DNA of 59,991 bases, counting the filler, from Circinaria calcarea (lineage: Eukaryota), in NCBI GenBank assembly GCA_051942165.1. It is 11 parts of 11 records of this genome, joined end to end, with 100 filler letters (N's around TTAATTAATTAA, not from the genome) between each part and the next. Parts side by side here need not be neighbours in the genome. Positions count along the whole stretch, not along the records: positions 21,878 to 27,243 come from JAVECS010001926.1; positions 27,344 to 32,707 come from JAVECS010001927.1; positions 32,808 to 38,169 come from JAVECS010001928.1; 8 more parts are not named here. The stretch is one strand, 5' to 3'. Under the pieces are notes generated by a model. That model saw only the letters and a program-made list of their open reading frames with translations. It searched no databases and was not told the DNA's origin. Made by a program: the position numbers and the translations under genes. Numbering within the stretch: position 1 is the first letter of the stretch; each line of letters begins with the position of its first letter. Shown piece by piece: positions 24,991 to 38,269 of this stretch.

Positions 24991-27407
24991 TTTTCTTTGG
25001 GATGAGGCGCGCTCAAAGATCCGGGTACGTGATCTTAGGGCTTCGCTTGACAAAGGCGGGCAGGTAGCGATCTCAACTTTGGATGAGTGATGAATCCAAA
25101 AGCCGATAAGGTCGATATCGCGCTGATGATATATCATGAGCAACAGCGAACAAACTTGGGGTCTGACGACTAAGTTGTTAAGATGTTTGGAGTTTTGTTG
25201 TGTGCCACAGTGAAATGGTTAGGTATTCGGTTGCCCCTTTGGGTGTCGTGTGCTTGCTTGCGCCACACCAGCCGGGGGTTTGGATTTCCAACAAACACGT
25301 TTCACACACGCTGATTCACCGAACCAGCAGCAACGAGAACAAACGAGAACTCGGTAGAAGTAGAAGCATGTAACAGAAAGATGGAGCCAACATTCCAAGA
25401 CTCGCCGGCGTAAGTCTCGGGGGTGGTTGATATATTATTATGGATGTTGGATGTTTGCCGCATGGCTTTTGCGCCCCTTCACCGCAAGTCCGGAATTGGG
25501 TGGAAAACCTGATCAATAAGGTCATAGTCACAGTCATGCCTAATGGCTACATAATAGATGACCGGCAACCTAAAGCACATCAAAGCATTCCATCTATCCT
25601 TTGCGAATGGTAGGGTAGCAGGCATAATAAGCCGCGGCACAGGGCGACCACGGACGCCCAAAGCCTCTGATTTCCATTTAGGCTGCGACCAGGCGACTGG
25701 ACCGGGGCAAGTCAGTCGTCAGGCGGATCTGGGGTGAGTGAAAAGGTCATGCCGGCATGGCCTGTTGATTGCCCATGATGCTGGGGGAAAGAAGAGTCAT
25801 CATCTCGTGCTTTCGCTTTCGCTTCGTTTCGGGGTGAATCATCAATGCTGATTGACCTCGGGGAAGAGGGTGAGGGTGAGGGTGAGGGCAGGAAAAGCGC
25901 ATCTATGATCCCGGCATCCTTCACATGGAGTCATCGAGTAACACGCGATGATTTGTGTTTGCACACCGATTGTCGAACCGTTGTTCCGTTGGATTGGTGC
26001 TCCTCCGCATCGAAAGGCTGAGATGGGCAGATGTGTGTAGGGCCAAGGCGGGAACACTGTCTAAATCCGATGTGGCTCGATCGTTAGCGTCGGGGAATGG
26101 GGAGTTTTGCCGCCTGGACCCTTTCGTTTCTGCTTCGACAGGCTTCCACGTGTGTTCGCAGGAATATATACAAAGTACTCCCCCGGACTCGTCTCTGTGC
26201 TCCTAACCTCGGCATAGGGATACGTACGCCCTCTCGACGACCATTGCATTTTCCATCGACTGGGTCTAGAATGGAGGCTGTTTGATTCCTTACGAGCATA
26301 CTCCGTAGGAGGAGTATTACTTTCGGATTGCGAAAAGGCGTGCCATCATACGGAGCAGAAATCCTGGCCATTTGGAACATCGGAAAACCGAGAGGCGGTG
26401 AATTGACCGCCCAAAAGTCCAAAAGCGAACACCGCTTCCACAAACCAAGCAATTCCCTCGCCCCTCCATCCTCAGGTTCGGACCGGTCACTAGACTTCGT
26501 ATTAGGTGATTACATTCTGTATTACCTATGGAAAGCGACCTGGGGTTGTAAGCTGAAAGCCCGAGGCGTTCAGCCCTGACATCGATTGCGCAATGATTTT
26601 TCTCCATCCTGGCATGACGTTTACTCTGTTAAAGCGCAAAATACCCCTTGTGCGGCGACTTTCGCAAGGAATCAAGCGAAGGAGACGGTAGGATTTTCTG
26701 GATAGAATACGGAGTAAAGGATGTGGATAGGGAGGAGACGGATTTAGCTGTGCTTACTCTGTACAACAGAACCACGGGAACTAATACCTAATCACTTCCA
26801 AAACGGCAGCGCGCGCATGCATGTCATCTAGCTCGCTACACGTGTATCACCATTCCTTATCTGCAAATCATCTTCTTCCACCATCTAACCGTTTCCCCAG
26901 TTCAGTATCCGCATTTAATTTACTCCGCATTCCAATAATTTCCCCCCCCCCTTTTTTCAAAATTATTACCCACATACGACTGTGGTGATCTAAATAAGTC
27001 TCACGCGAACTATTACTCATCCCCCCCAGCCCTGCAGCACAAACCCTTTACCAAGCCCCAAGCCTCACTCCCGAGCCTCAACGGGGCGTAAGCACATCGT
27101 CTCACCCCACCGCAAATTTCCAAATCTTAGAGTTGTGGTATGCGGGGTTCCGCGAGGCTGAGGGCAGGGCTGACGGGGAAGCCTGAGGGAGGCGAGGGCG
27201 TAGTAGGGTGTTATGAGCACCGGTGTGGGGTTGGGGTTGGGGTNNNNNNNNNNNNNNNNNNNNNNNNNNNNNNNNNNNNNNNNNNNNTTAATTAATTAAN
27301 NNNNNNNNNNNNNNNNNNNNNNNNNNNNNNNNNNNNNNNNNNNATCTCTCCCACTCTTTCCGATCGCATTACCCACCCTCACACTCACTTCGGATTTCAC
27401 GTTGACC

Positions 27408-28467
27408 ATGTTATCTTTACTTCTTAGTCTGTCCTTATCTACTCTTGGTTGTCTGGCTGCGCCGTCGATCATACCACGGTTCACGAGACAGGTGCCCCGT
27501 GCCATCACATGCCCTGATAATTTTCTCAACGTTGTCCTGAATACTGTTGTAACAAAGGAAGCTGGCTGGCCCAACACGGTCTGGAATAGCCTCGAGAGCA
27601 ATGGTGTTGTCGACTGGAGTACGCTGCGGGTCTTGCAAGCTCTTTTGGAGATTATGATGCTAACGGGTGTACAAATCTTAGTTGGATTTACGCAAAATAC
27701 CCTTGACCGCTCGCCGACATACCAAAATCCCTCCGGTCAGGCAGCCGCAACCACCTGCTCCGTGGACCAAGCCCAGATCAAACAATGCATGGACCCTCGG
27801 GACGTCCCCGCCGCTCTGTCCCTCATAACCTCCCCTAACCCACCCGAGTATCTCGTCCTGTTCAACGAACCGGATTACTCATACGAAGGTTACACACCCC
27901 TAACGTCCCCCCAGGAATCCGCAAAGGCCCTCGCGCCCATCTTTTCCGCAAAGACCACTACGAAGTTCCTGTCCCCTGCAGTAGCTTTTACAAATACAAA
28001 GTGGCTGAACGAATTCAACGACGCTTGTGGGAATTGCATCGACAAACACATTCCAATTATTGCCGCCCATATCTACAACAAATTGGTGGACCAGGTGATG
28101 CTGCAAATCACCACGTTGCACAACACATGGCCGAGTAAAAGAATCTGGATTACGGAGCTTGCACCTGCGAGTTCTCCTGACCAGGGTTGCGACCTGGACG
28201 CGAAAGGAGTTATTAACTGGATGCAGACTCTCCTGCCGCAAATTGTGGCGCTGGGATATGTGGATAGGGTGTTCTGGAACCATGGGGAATCCGTACGTTC
28301 CCACATCATACCATAGTGATCTGCAAAAGCGTATTTACTAACTGGCTACTTCACTGCTACAGTTACCAATATATGCGAACGATCCAGCCAAGTGTAACCC
28401 CAGTCTCACAAATGCGGATGGAACGCCTACCGATGTGCTGAAGGCTTACAGTGGTATCTGCCGTTGA
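27408..28467 (+). CDS. Secreted glycoside hydrolase, GH128-like (beta-1,3-glucanase), 3 exons
   Basis: Signal peptide MLSLLLSLSLSTLGCLAAP. Clan GH-A motifs LFNEPD and IWITE, plus LSPAVA, AAHIY, VDRVFW. Last exon ends SGICR* at 28467. Confidence 0.85.
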
Positions 28468-29294
28468 GCGAGCTCCCCTAAAGGTGTATTTATGGGATGA
28501 TTTAGCCCGATGGCTTTATGTATTTCATGTCACTATTATGCGCTGTTTTGTTCATAGGAGATGGTAGAGCTCTGAGAAATGCTTTCTGAATATTCCTGTA
28601 CTCACACCCACAACCTGACCTGTTGGTGCGCTCAGATGAAACAATAATTCTGTGATTATCTTGACAACAATCTCATATCGAGCAATTGTTAGAATTATGG
28701 ATGACAATGTCTAGTCATGCCATCATAGTGCAATACTTATATGGCGGCAATGGCCGCCGCCGTGATTTCCAGAGCTTTAGCACCACCTCGCTTTTTACCC
28801 TTTAGCGGCTACTATTTCAGAGTAACCCTGTAAGTTTTCTCGCATTTCCGCTTTCTCGCATGACTTCTCAACTATCGATGTTTGCAGTTCTAAGGATCTC
28901 ATTCCACGATGCGAGTCAATGAATTGACGAGGTTCCGAGCCTTCCAACGCAGCACAGCCATTTTCGGCGTCTTCCTTCTCTTTGTTCTTTAGCAGGCATG
29001 GATGATTTTGGCAAGTTAACAATGCAGCCGCAATGAGTATTTTTTTTTCGGCGTCCTCTTCTTTGTTTGGTGTCATACCGAGGTCTGAACTATCAAATTA
29101 TAATGTCCGCTGGATCCGGACGATTAGGACCATTCATTCCAAAATGTCCTTCCTCTAAGAAAAAAATCGTTGCTCTACTAAGCTTGCATTTAACATTGGG
29201 CAATCAACTCCGTCGGGGGCCTTCATAGCCATAAGATTTACGGCCGCAACTGTTCATACGACCTCGAGTATCTGTCAACCGACACTCGTACAAA

Positions 29295-32200
29295 ATGGCG
29301 ACGACTAGGCCTCGGGTGCCTTCAGCCGAGTTCTATAATCAGCGCCGGAACTGGTCACCGAATCCCTTCCGAATGGGCTTCGCTATCACTCAGAACGAGT
29401 ATAACGTGATTTATGCCGCTTTGGCTGATGAAATGAAGAATGCTGGGCTGCTTGGTTCAGCAGTGAACACCGAGAACGCCCAAGACGATATCGCTGACGC
29501 TACAAACGCAATCTACAACCGAAACACAAATATACTTGCACAGCCTCCTATCCGATGGAGGGAGAAGTATTGGCAAGGCTTGGCTCAGCGTATTAGCCGC
29601 GACGAGAATAACCAGAGACGGCCCGCTGCTACAGTAAATCCAGGGCAGTCGACGCAAAGCGCTGAGCCTCGGCCTCTGCCACAGATTTGCTTGTATGCCG
29701 TGGCAGAGGATTTTGAATGTGAGCACGGCTTTCTGTCAGTTGACGGACGTTCTCAAAGACGGTATAACTACTGCGGCGTTTGAGGCCAACCCTAGGCTTG
29801 AAAATTTAGATTTGGAAAAATGGAAAGATGTCATAGAGAATGACTGTGGCCTTTGTACAGCCGAGTACAAAATTATGTACGATGATGGCAATATGGAAAT
29901 AGATCGTCAGCGCAAATGGTTGGCAGCGTCGGCTGAGATACACCAAAGGGGCGTGGACCGGTTCACGTTTGATATTACTCCATCGGATATAGGTAAGGGT
30001 TAGTGGAAACTGCAAATCGGTTGAACCAAGCTAACGTAGGAATTGTTGGTCCAGATCAAAGGCTATCGCAATCCTCGGTAGCAGCCGATGACGAAGAAAC
30101 TGAAGAGACCATTCGTTATACGGAGCGTAAGAGGAGCCTGACAAAGTTAAGCGAGCCAGAATCAGGACGGCAACGAGCCCAAGGGTAACTGCGCCTCGGT
30201 CGCCTTCGCCTCTCCCAGATCCTGACCGTAACCGTCGAGAGAGCAAATCGGTTGAGATTGATATCGGTCATATTGTTGAGGTGAATGATGACGAAAGCTC
30301 AGATGATGAACAGGTTTCTGGGAATGGAGACGAGGACGAAGACGAGGATGAACAGGAAGATGAGCAGGTCGTTGAAGAGGAGCGCGCGGAGGAAGACGAG
30401 GACGAGGAGCTTGTTGAAAAATAGTGAGTTGTTATAGGGTGCTGTTATAATATATGTAACTCATGTTGCCCTACTAGATTTTTAGACCTTCAAAACAGAT
30501 CAGGTTGTGATCAGATGAGCGCCGAAAACTAGAACAAATACAGTACTTTTTACAAGAGGAACCCAGCTCATACTAGTATAGAGAAGCGGATCAACATACC
30601 GGGGTTAAAGATACCACTCTATCAGTTCCAGGCTTTCGGGGTATATTAGCAGTTGAAAACTGAGAGGACTATGAGTAATGAGGCTTCTGTGGCGACGAGC
30701 AGAGCTTGGGGAAAGTAAGTTTTTCGTTGCTGACGGGTATGATATCGACTAATGTGTTCTGCAGACGATCGAGGCGATTGCGTTATGCGTAGTAGAACGA
30801 TGGCTGCAGATCACACATGCTGAAGTAGACGAAGATCGTGCAGCTGAGCGGCGTCGAAGACATCTCCCCATGGGGACTGTCAACACACCCCAAGCAGCAG
30901 ACGCAAAGTGTCCCTCTGGCGAGCTATTTCCCGATATGCTGTCCTTGTGTCCAGAGAAATCCCTCGGCAAACCTTATGCTTAAGTTTGGGCCGGTCCTTA
31001 TTCTTGTGCCGCCCTCGTTGATTTCCAACTGGGTGGCAGAGTGGCAGAAGACGGTGGACGAGTCATGTAACCGTGTTGGTATTCGTCTACGTGTGGGTCA
31101 CCGGGACAACATTCTAGTCGCAAAGCTGTCGAAGGATGATGCTAGTTACTTGATGACAACGCCCCAAACATCGCAAGCCGAATGCTTAAGACAATCGAGA
31201 TGGATAATCTTATCCTCCAGTCAATCGTTTAAAAACCATGTGTTTAAGTATCTGAGATCCTTTGTACAAAAACCTCTCAAAGGTCAGGGCTCCCGACGAA
31301 AATTTGAGGTGTACGAGGATAATATCTACTGGGGTCGAGCCTTCCGCGACGAATTTCACCAAGAAAAATCACTTGGCACCGTGTCCATTAAGATTCTAGA
31401 AGAGCTTCAGGGACAGCCTTATAAATGGATGCTAGCAGGCACTCCTTTTGAAGTCTCTCCCAAGGATCTCGAAGGCTATATCACTGTGTTGGAAACGCAG
31501 GATTGGGCAAATGATACTATTTTAAGGGAATGCATGGTGGAAAAGGTGTAGGATTTAGCAAAAAAATATTCACGCCTTCTCGGCGGCAAAACCTTGGAAG
31601 GCTTCACGCCATTAGACAACGAGTTCGGGGGCTTGCTCAAAGCATTGATGGTATGACGAGTCACCGAAACGGAATGGTTCGGTGGCCCCATAGTAAAGCT
31701 GCCGCCACATGAACATCGAGACATCGACTGCGGAGTGGATCCCAAATACGCAGAAGCATTAAGGATACTTCAAGACCGTTTGAAACGAAAATTTGAAAGA
31801 AGATTCGCCCAGCTGCACAGTAATTGGGTGAACGCTGGTAGGCCAGGTGGTCCAGACAGGGAGCATAAACCATCGTCGGTTGGTTTCTTCAAATCGAACC
31901 GGAGAGCACGCCTGTTTGCGGATATACCAGCTCTATCCGAGGTTGTTAACCAAAAACGCTTGGAACTAACAGGTACGGAGCCCAATGAAATGGATGCATA
32001 CAGCGAGGATGGTAGCACCTGGTACGAACAGTACCTGGACTATATTATCGGCTCCAGTAAGAAAATCACGCAGATTGGAAAAATTCTCGATAAACTAGGG
32101 ACCGATTACTTGAATCGCAAAGAGAAGATTCTCATCACGTTTGAGTTTCCAGTTGCTGTGTTCATAATCTACTTGGTGAGTGCAGTATCAGCTGCGAAAC

Positions 32201-32707
32201 CATTTCCCAGATTCTGTCCTTAATCACGCTAACAAAGAGGTTCAACTCAGTGGCTCAAGAATATCCGAAAGGCAAAGGTCGCGATAATCCATAACGGTCT
32301 CAAATTTACAGCTCGGCAAGCATTGATTCACGGCTTCGAAGACCAGAAAGTCGATGACGATTTCACCCATGACTTTAGGCTAGATATTATCGTTAGTACG
32401 ACAAAACTCATTTCTGCCGGTTACGCGTCAGAGCCTTCCGCATGATCCTACTGGAACCGAGTTACATTCTAAAGGATGAAGCGTAGGCGAAGAAACGGAT
32501 CAACCGCATAGGGCAGAACAACCCTAAAACCGTTTCCTACCGGATGTATAGCGCCGCTGTAGACGTCGAAAGTGTTATTGTGAACCGGCAAGAACAGCGG
32601 AAGCTCTTCCAGGATATAGCCTTGGGGGCGGTACAGAAGGATTCTGGAGGTGAGGATTCTGGAGGTACTTCTGATCAAGGAGGGGGTTCGGAAGGAGGGG
32701 GAGGGGG
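29295..32707 (+). pseudogene. Degenerate SNF2-family helicase/ATPase gene
   Basis: PLYQFQAFG, GFCGDEQSLGK|T (motif I), LILVPPSLISNW (Ia), RDEFH (II), LAGTP (III), STTKLISAGY (V), ILLEP...RINRIGQ (VI). In-frame stops at 30530, 30647, 31549, 31654, 32484 plus frameshifts. Confidence 0.85.
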
Positions 32708-32815
32708 NNNNNNNNNNNNNNNNNNNNNNNNNNNNNNNNNNNNNNNNNNNNTTAATTAATTAANNNNNNNNNNNNNNNNNNNNNNNNNNNNNNNNNNNNN
32801 NNNNNNNAGTTAGAA

Positions 32816-34682
32816 TCAATGATTTAGAGCTGCTATTGGCGCTTCTGAGTCCTCCGCATTGTCCTTGAATGGCCATATCTGCCAACACCGCTCCTGCTCC
32901 TCCGCCTTTGCTTCTTTGAGCATTTGCACCCTCCATTCCTTGTTGAGAACACATGCAAGATTGTGATTATCTGGATCGGTTCCACCCTCTCCGTCGATGC
33001 TCAGGGAATTCCTGACAGTGGCAAGTACTTCGGCTGCTTCATTCCATTCTTTGCTCTCCTGCATAGCAACTTGCACTTCCTCATCCGTGAACGAAATGGG
33101 GCAGGGATGTTCTCCAACTAGATCGTTCCATTTTGAATGAACTCCGATTAGGGCTGCTCGAAGGTTGACTAAATCACCATCCCAAGGCATGCCAGCCTGC
33201 TTGATTAGATACTGTCGCATATTCAGGTATGGTAGCCGAAGCGCTCGCATATGACGTTCACACTTTAGTCCTGTAGCCGCTGTGTAATAGAGATTTGCCT
33301 GCTCATGCTTCAACTTTATCAAAGCTTCTTCCTGTTCCTCAGGATTCATCTTGTCAAAATTATCACTGAGTTTCGGTTTCTCCATGGTCTGTGGACGCCC
33401 TGGATCGTGGTCGCAAAGGGCAGGATATCCTGATTGGACGAAGAAGGGAAGTATTGAAGTTCCCTGCCAGTCAATAATACCAAGTATCTGCTTCGATTGT
33501 GAGCATAGGAAGATGTTACTTTGGTGAAGATCAGGATGTCGGAGGGCTGGGGAGCAAAGCTCTTCTTGTTTGGGTAGAATGTATGGGGCTACAAGACCGT
33601 ATTGCGAAAGTAAGGCGAGATGATCTTTTGGTTCAATTTTTTGCTCGGAAACTGAGAAGAAGAATTCCCTATGACGCGGTTTTCCGAATTTGGCTGTCCA
33701 AGCAGCTTCTCGTTTGCCGATGGATGTCAAATAATCCTCTGGGCGAATCCCTGTGGTAGTCTCATCAGTTAAGTACTAGCTGATACACACGGGGAAACAA
33801 ACATGGTCCGCGGTCCAACTTCATTTGGCTGCGCTCTTCTGTCCAGAACGATCTGTTCACAACAGGCCCAATGCAAAACTTTTCAGAGAGAATGTCCACA
33901 TCTTTTGGCTCTTCACGGAACTTTTCTTCCAAGTCCTCCTTATAGTACAGGCTTCCGTGCTTTGAAAAGCAAGCTGAGAAGAGCCGACTCTCGACATCTA
34001 CAATCTGTCTGACAACTTTAGCGAGTTCTGCTGTCGAAAGCGACATCCAGCAGGAACCAAGACTCTCTCCTTGCACCTTCTCCATTATGATGTATTCTGC
34101 ACCAACAGCATTATTTCCATCAACCCGAGAGGCCCACGCGAATACCTTTGGTGCTGGTATGTCCAGTTGAGTACGGACAAAATCCATGGTTGCAACCTCG
34201 CTCGCAGTCATGTAATGAGCCGGCCCGGCAATTGGTGTAGGGATTCGAGCAATCACTTCGAATCCATCATCCATCACAAGAAGGAAAATCTTATTGAAGC
34301 CACCTTCAGTAACCTTCACTATATCCACACATCTATCCCGTCCAACCGCCATCGCCGCGATACGCATCAACTCAGGTACATTGAAGCGAACATATCGCTC
34401 GGCCATACGTTCTCTTTCATTGAAACTAATAGATCACAGTAAGAAAAGTAATCACAGCTCGTAATTTATAGGATATACTTACATCCATCTCCGAGAAGTG
34501 TGCCGAAAGAACGGCTCGTAATTATCACCAGAAGAAACACAGTCTTCTGATGTCTTCATGCTCGCATATTCTCGGGTCGCTCTTAGGAAAGTTCGGTGAT
34601 GAAGAAAGTATGGTAAGACTGTTGTCCTTCGGGAATAGGTCCGTTGGATGGTGCGTGAAAGTGTCAAATTTATCAGTGACAT
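32816..34682 (-). CDS. Aminoglycoside-phosphotransferase-like kinase (AIM9-like fungal family), 3 exons
   Basis: FFRHTSRRW, RYVRFNV, EGGFNKIF, VIARIP, ASEVATMDF, AEYIIMEK, HPDLHQSNIF, IIDWQ. Arg-rich, presequence-like N-terminus. Confidence 0.88.
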
Positions 34683-35952
34683 GATCAATTGTAGATTTGA
34701 AATTAGGGAGGCTCTATACGACAGAACGCCACCAACGAAAGGCAATTGAAGCCGAGCTAAGGCTCCAGCGTGCTGAGAACCGGCGTTGCCGAACCAGCCA
34801 AAAATAAGCGATGTTATGATTCGAGCACATGGAGAAGTTGGCGGGGAAACAGCGTTAAACAAACGCGCCCTTTTCGTTCCAAATCTTAGCAATCCCTTTA
34901 AGTATTCTTATATACATATATTGCACTTTTATACACATACCATATAGGCACAGTAACAATAGTATCAACCATAGCATTTTAATAGTTCTTACCCATATAT
35001 ATATTCCGGTTATACCGTGCAGCCTATTGAAGTCGTAGCGCCCTCTCTGTAATGCAGTTTTTTTTCTCTCCTCGCCCAGAAGCGAATGCGCCTAGTTTTT
35101 ATTGTATACCGGGGCAAATGTTAAAAATACCGGACGATAAGAATGCTTGGCGGCCCCCCCCCCCCCCGAGACACAGGGGCTTTCGATAATAACCCTATAT
35201 TCTTTTCTTAGATGAGAATATCTACGGTCACGTTGTGCCTAACTAAGCATTTGGGAGGGAGATTGGATGGGTTGAAGCTACCGAATTACAATGGGTTTAC
35301 AATAGTATTTAAGATAGTAATGACCCTGTAGCTTGCCCACTTGATATGGAGCAGCAAACATGTAAATAAACTCCGGGAATGCCCTGCATAGAATGCGCGG
35401 GTGTGCGAACTCTCTGTACGTATACCTATACCTTCCATTGCATTCCAACAAGTATAGGGAACGAATTCCTACATTAGTATGTGGCGATTTCTTTAAATCA
35501 GTTACTTCCTTTCGATGCTGGAGCAGCACAGGGGGGATAGCAGCAACATCATGACTCCCTTGATTGATGTTGAAAACCGGGGCATAGGCCCGCCCATGCT
35601 TCAGTGTTGACCCCTTTTCTATGATAGTTACCTGAGCTGATCAGTCAGGCTGAGTGTGTTGCAGATAGATAACAATAGTATAAGAGCAAAGACTTGAGAC
35701 GTTGCATACAGGAACCGAACTAAGATACGATTTGTTCCTCAACTGTCTTTTATATCGGTATTTTCAAAAAACTTAATAAGCATATACGCCTTCTAGACTC
35801 TACCTGCAAGAGCCGAAATGTCATGCCAGACTTTGTTTTCGCATTGAACGCCACAACACACTCGCTAAACCGCCAGCAAACAGTCGTGGAGCAACTTGGA
35901 AATACAATCAAATCTCTTCAACCCATGCATTCGAGAACGGTTCGGTTGTAAC

Positions 35953-37680
35953 CTAAACATCCCTTACGGTAATGTGGACGACATCTTGGTGGTTCATTGG
36001 GCGCTCCCCAGGCACAAGACATGGTGCCGCAGACCTAACAACTGCAACCTTGCTCTTCTCCCTCTGCACCCAGAGTAGTTGTATCGCTCCAAGAACAGCC
36101 ACAAGAGCGCTACCCCACCACGCAAGACCCGTAAAGCCTAGCTTGCCGCCGAGGTCATAGAGAAGTCCAGCACTGGGCGGTGCTGCTGTTCGACACGCAG
36201 CACCAGCCGAGGCAGCAAGTCCATTGATAGAACCAAGGACTGATGGCTGTGGCGATGCTTCCTTGAGTAGGATCAAAATTACAGGGTAGGCGAGGATCGA
36301 CAAGAAGTTTCGAACCATCAAAGCGGCGTAGATACCGGGATATAAAAGGTTCCGAGGTAGGAAAGCAAGGTACGGAACAATAAAGTATGCTAGCGGATGT
36401 AGGATCGTGACCATAAGGAAAACCCTCCAAACGCCGAGCCACTCAGCGAAGAACGGGAACAAGATGCCTTGTATACAAAGCGCAATCAATCCGTTGGAGA
36501 ACATGATGACTCCGACTTGCTGAGCCGTCAAACCAAGACCCCCAGGTACATTCAAGGCGCCCGAAGCAAGACCGGACGGACCTTTCACCACATCATCTTC
36601 CAAGAAGATCGGTAGGAGATGGTCATAAGTCATGGAATGATAGGTGAAGATCCCCAAAGCTACCACGAGCATGACCACAGGCCTTGTAAAGATTTTTTCC
36701 CTAGCTTGAGAGAAGATGGAAGAAGGTCGCGACGATCCATCTGAATTGACTATCCACTTTTCTTCCGTTTGTATGTCCACCTGATTGAAGGTTCCGTACG
36801 AATCTGCCCGAAGATCAACTCCAGAGTCTGCAACGGCCCCTGAAGTTGCCATCAGAGAAGTTGTGGCTGTGCTGTTGTCGAGATCAGCTTGGCTGCTCCA
36901 CGGTTGCAGATCCGGGTGTGTTTCCGCGAGAAAGAAGTACGCGGCCAGGATGCTTGTCAATAGCAGCCCGGCGCAGATGAGGTTGGGAAGGAGATAGGGG
37001 TATCTAGCAAAAACCCCAGAAGAGGAGAAGATGGTAGGGTAAGTATCAGCTGGATGAACTAATGTCCCTCCCAGAGCCGGACCAATTATCGTTCCGATCG
37101 ACCACACAAATGGCATAACAGAATATGCTCGTGCTATCACCAGTTAGCACTACCGGAGGGCCGTAGAATACTGATATCACATACGCTCATGTTCCGGCCT
37201 CTTTACCAACTCCCCTACCATTGTCTGAATCACCCCAATGTTTCCATTGAGGAGACCGCCCACGGCACGTGCCAGGAGTGCGAACCAGAAGTTTGTAGCA
37301 AACCCCATCATCAGCATCGACAGCATGGTCCCTGCACATCCCAGTAACAAGACTGGCTTCCGTCCCACTCGATCCGAGAGACCACCCCAGAACATGCCAG
37401 TAAGAGCTTCGGAGAGGGCGAAGGAGGAGATGAGGATGCCGGCGTAAAAGGAGGCATTGCTCTGGTCACCGATGTTGAAGTCCCTCACCATGAGCCAGAC
37501 GTAGGGGAAGATGGAAGTGAGGGCGATTGGCTCTGCGACTCGACATATTCCTGTTCGGTGTGAGTCAGTCATGAACCATCGTCTCGTCGCAGGCGAGCTC
37601 AACTGACCGAGGATGAGAAGTTGTGTTGTGGGAAAGCTGTCGGGGTGGTGGTGGTGTCTTGGCACACTTGTCAATACCAT
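35953..37680 (-). CDS. MFS transporter (YCR023C/ZIFL-like), 3 exons
   Basis: FPTTQLLIL|ICRVAEPIALTSIFPY, WGGLSDRVGRKPVLL (MFS motif A), GLLNGNIGV, and multiple TM helices. Confidence 0.92.
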
Positions 37681-38269
37681 TTCTTCAGGAACCCTGATGT
37701 TCTTACAGGAACACAACCGGCTCGTTCTACACAAGAATTGAGCTACTCGGTTGTGTTGGCAGTCGGACAGTTGGACGACGTAAAGTCGAGGGGCGGTGGT
37801 GAGTATGTATGGTAAAAGTCGAGAATTGTCCAGAGGGCCGAAGTGGGGAAGATCAGATGTCTGGCGGGGATGCCGAAGATAATTTCGACGCGATTCGAAT
37901 TTGTCGACCGGGAAAAGGCGGCCGAGATTAGGTCAAGGCCCTCTTTCGGGTTTGGCGCCCGACCTACAGAGTAGACCCTGGCCTGTGAACTGCCTGTGTC
38001 TTGCTCGATTAGCACAGTCGAGTGGATACCGTTCTGGTGTAACAACAACACCGTTAATCTCTGCTGTTCTTGATAAGGGTTGGTGCGGGGTCCTCTCAAA
38101 GTCTCTCATGCGGGAAGCATCTGGGTCAGTCCATTCCCACCAGTCTCGACTCTTCGATTCTGGACCGATNNNNNNNNNNNNNNNNNNNNNNNNNNNNNNN
38201 NNNNNNNNNNNNNTTAATTAATTAANNNNNNNNNNNNNNNNNNNNNNNNNNNNNNNNNNNNNNNNNNNN

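Noticed and set aside
24719..25090. Antisense and alternate-frame ORFs overlapping real genes (many in the ORF track)
   Set aside because: Shadow ORFs of coding sequence, often with GTG/TTG starts inappropriate for a eukaryote.
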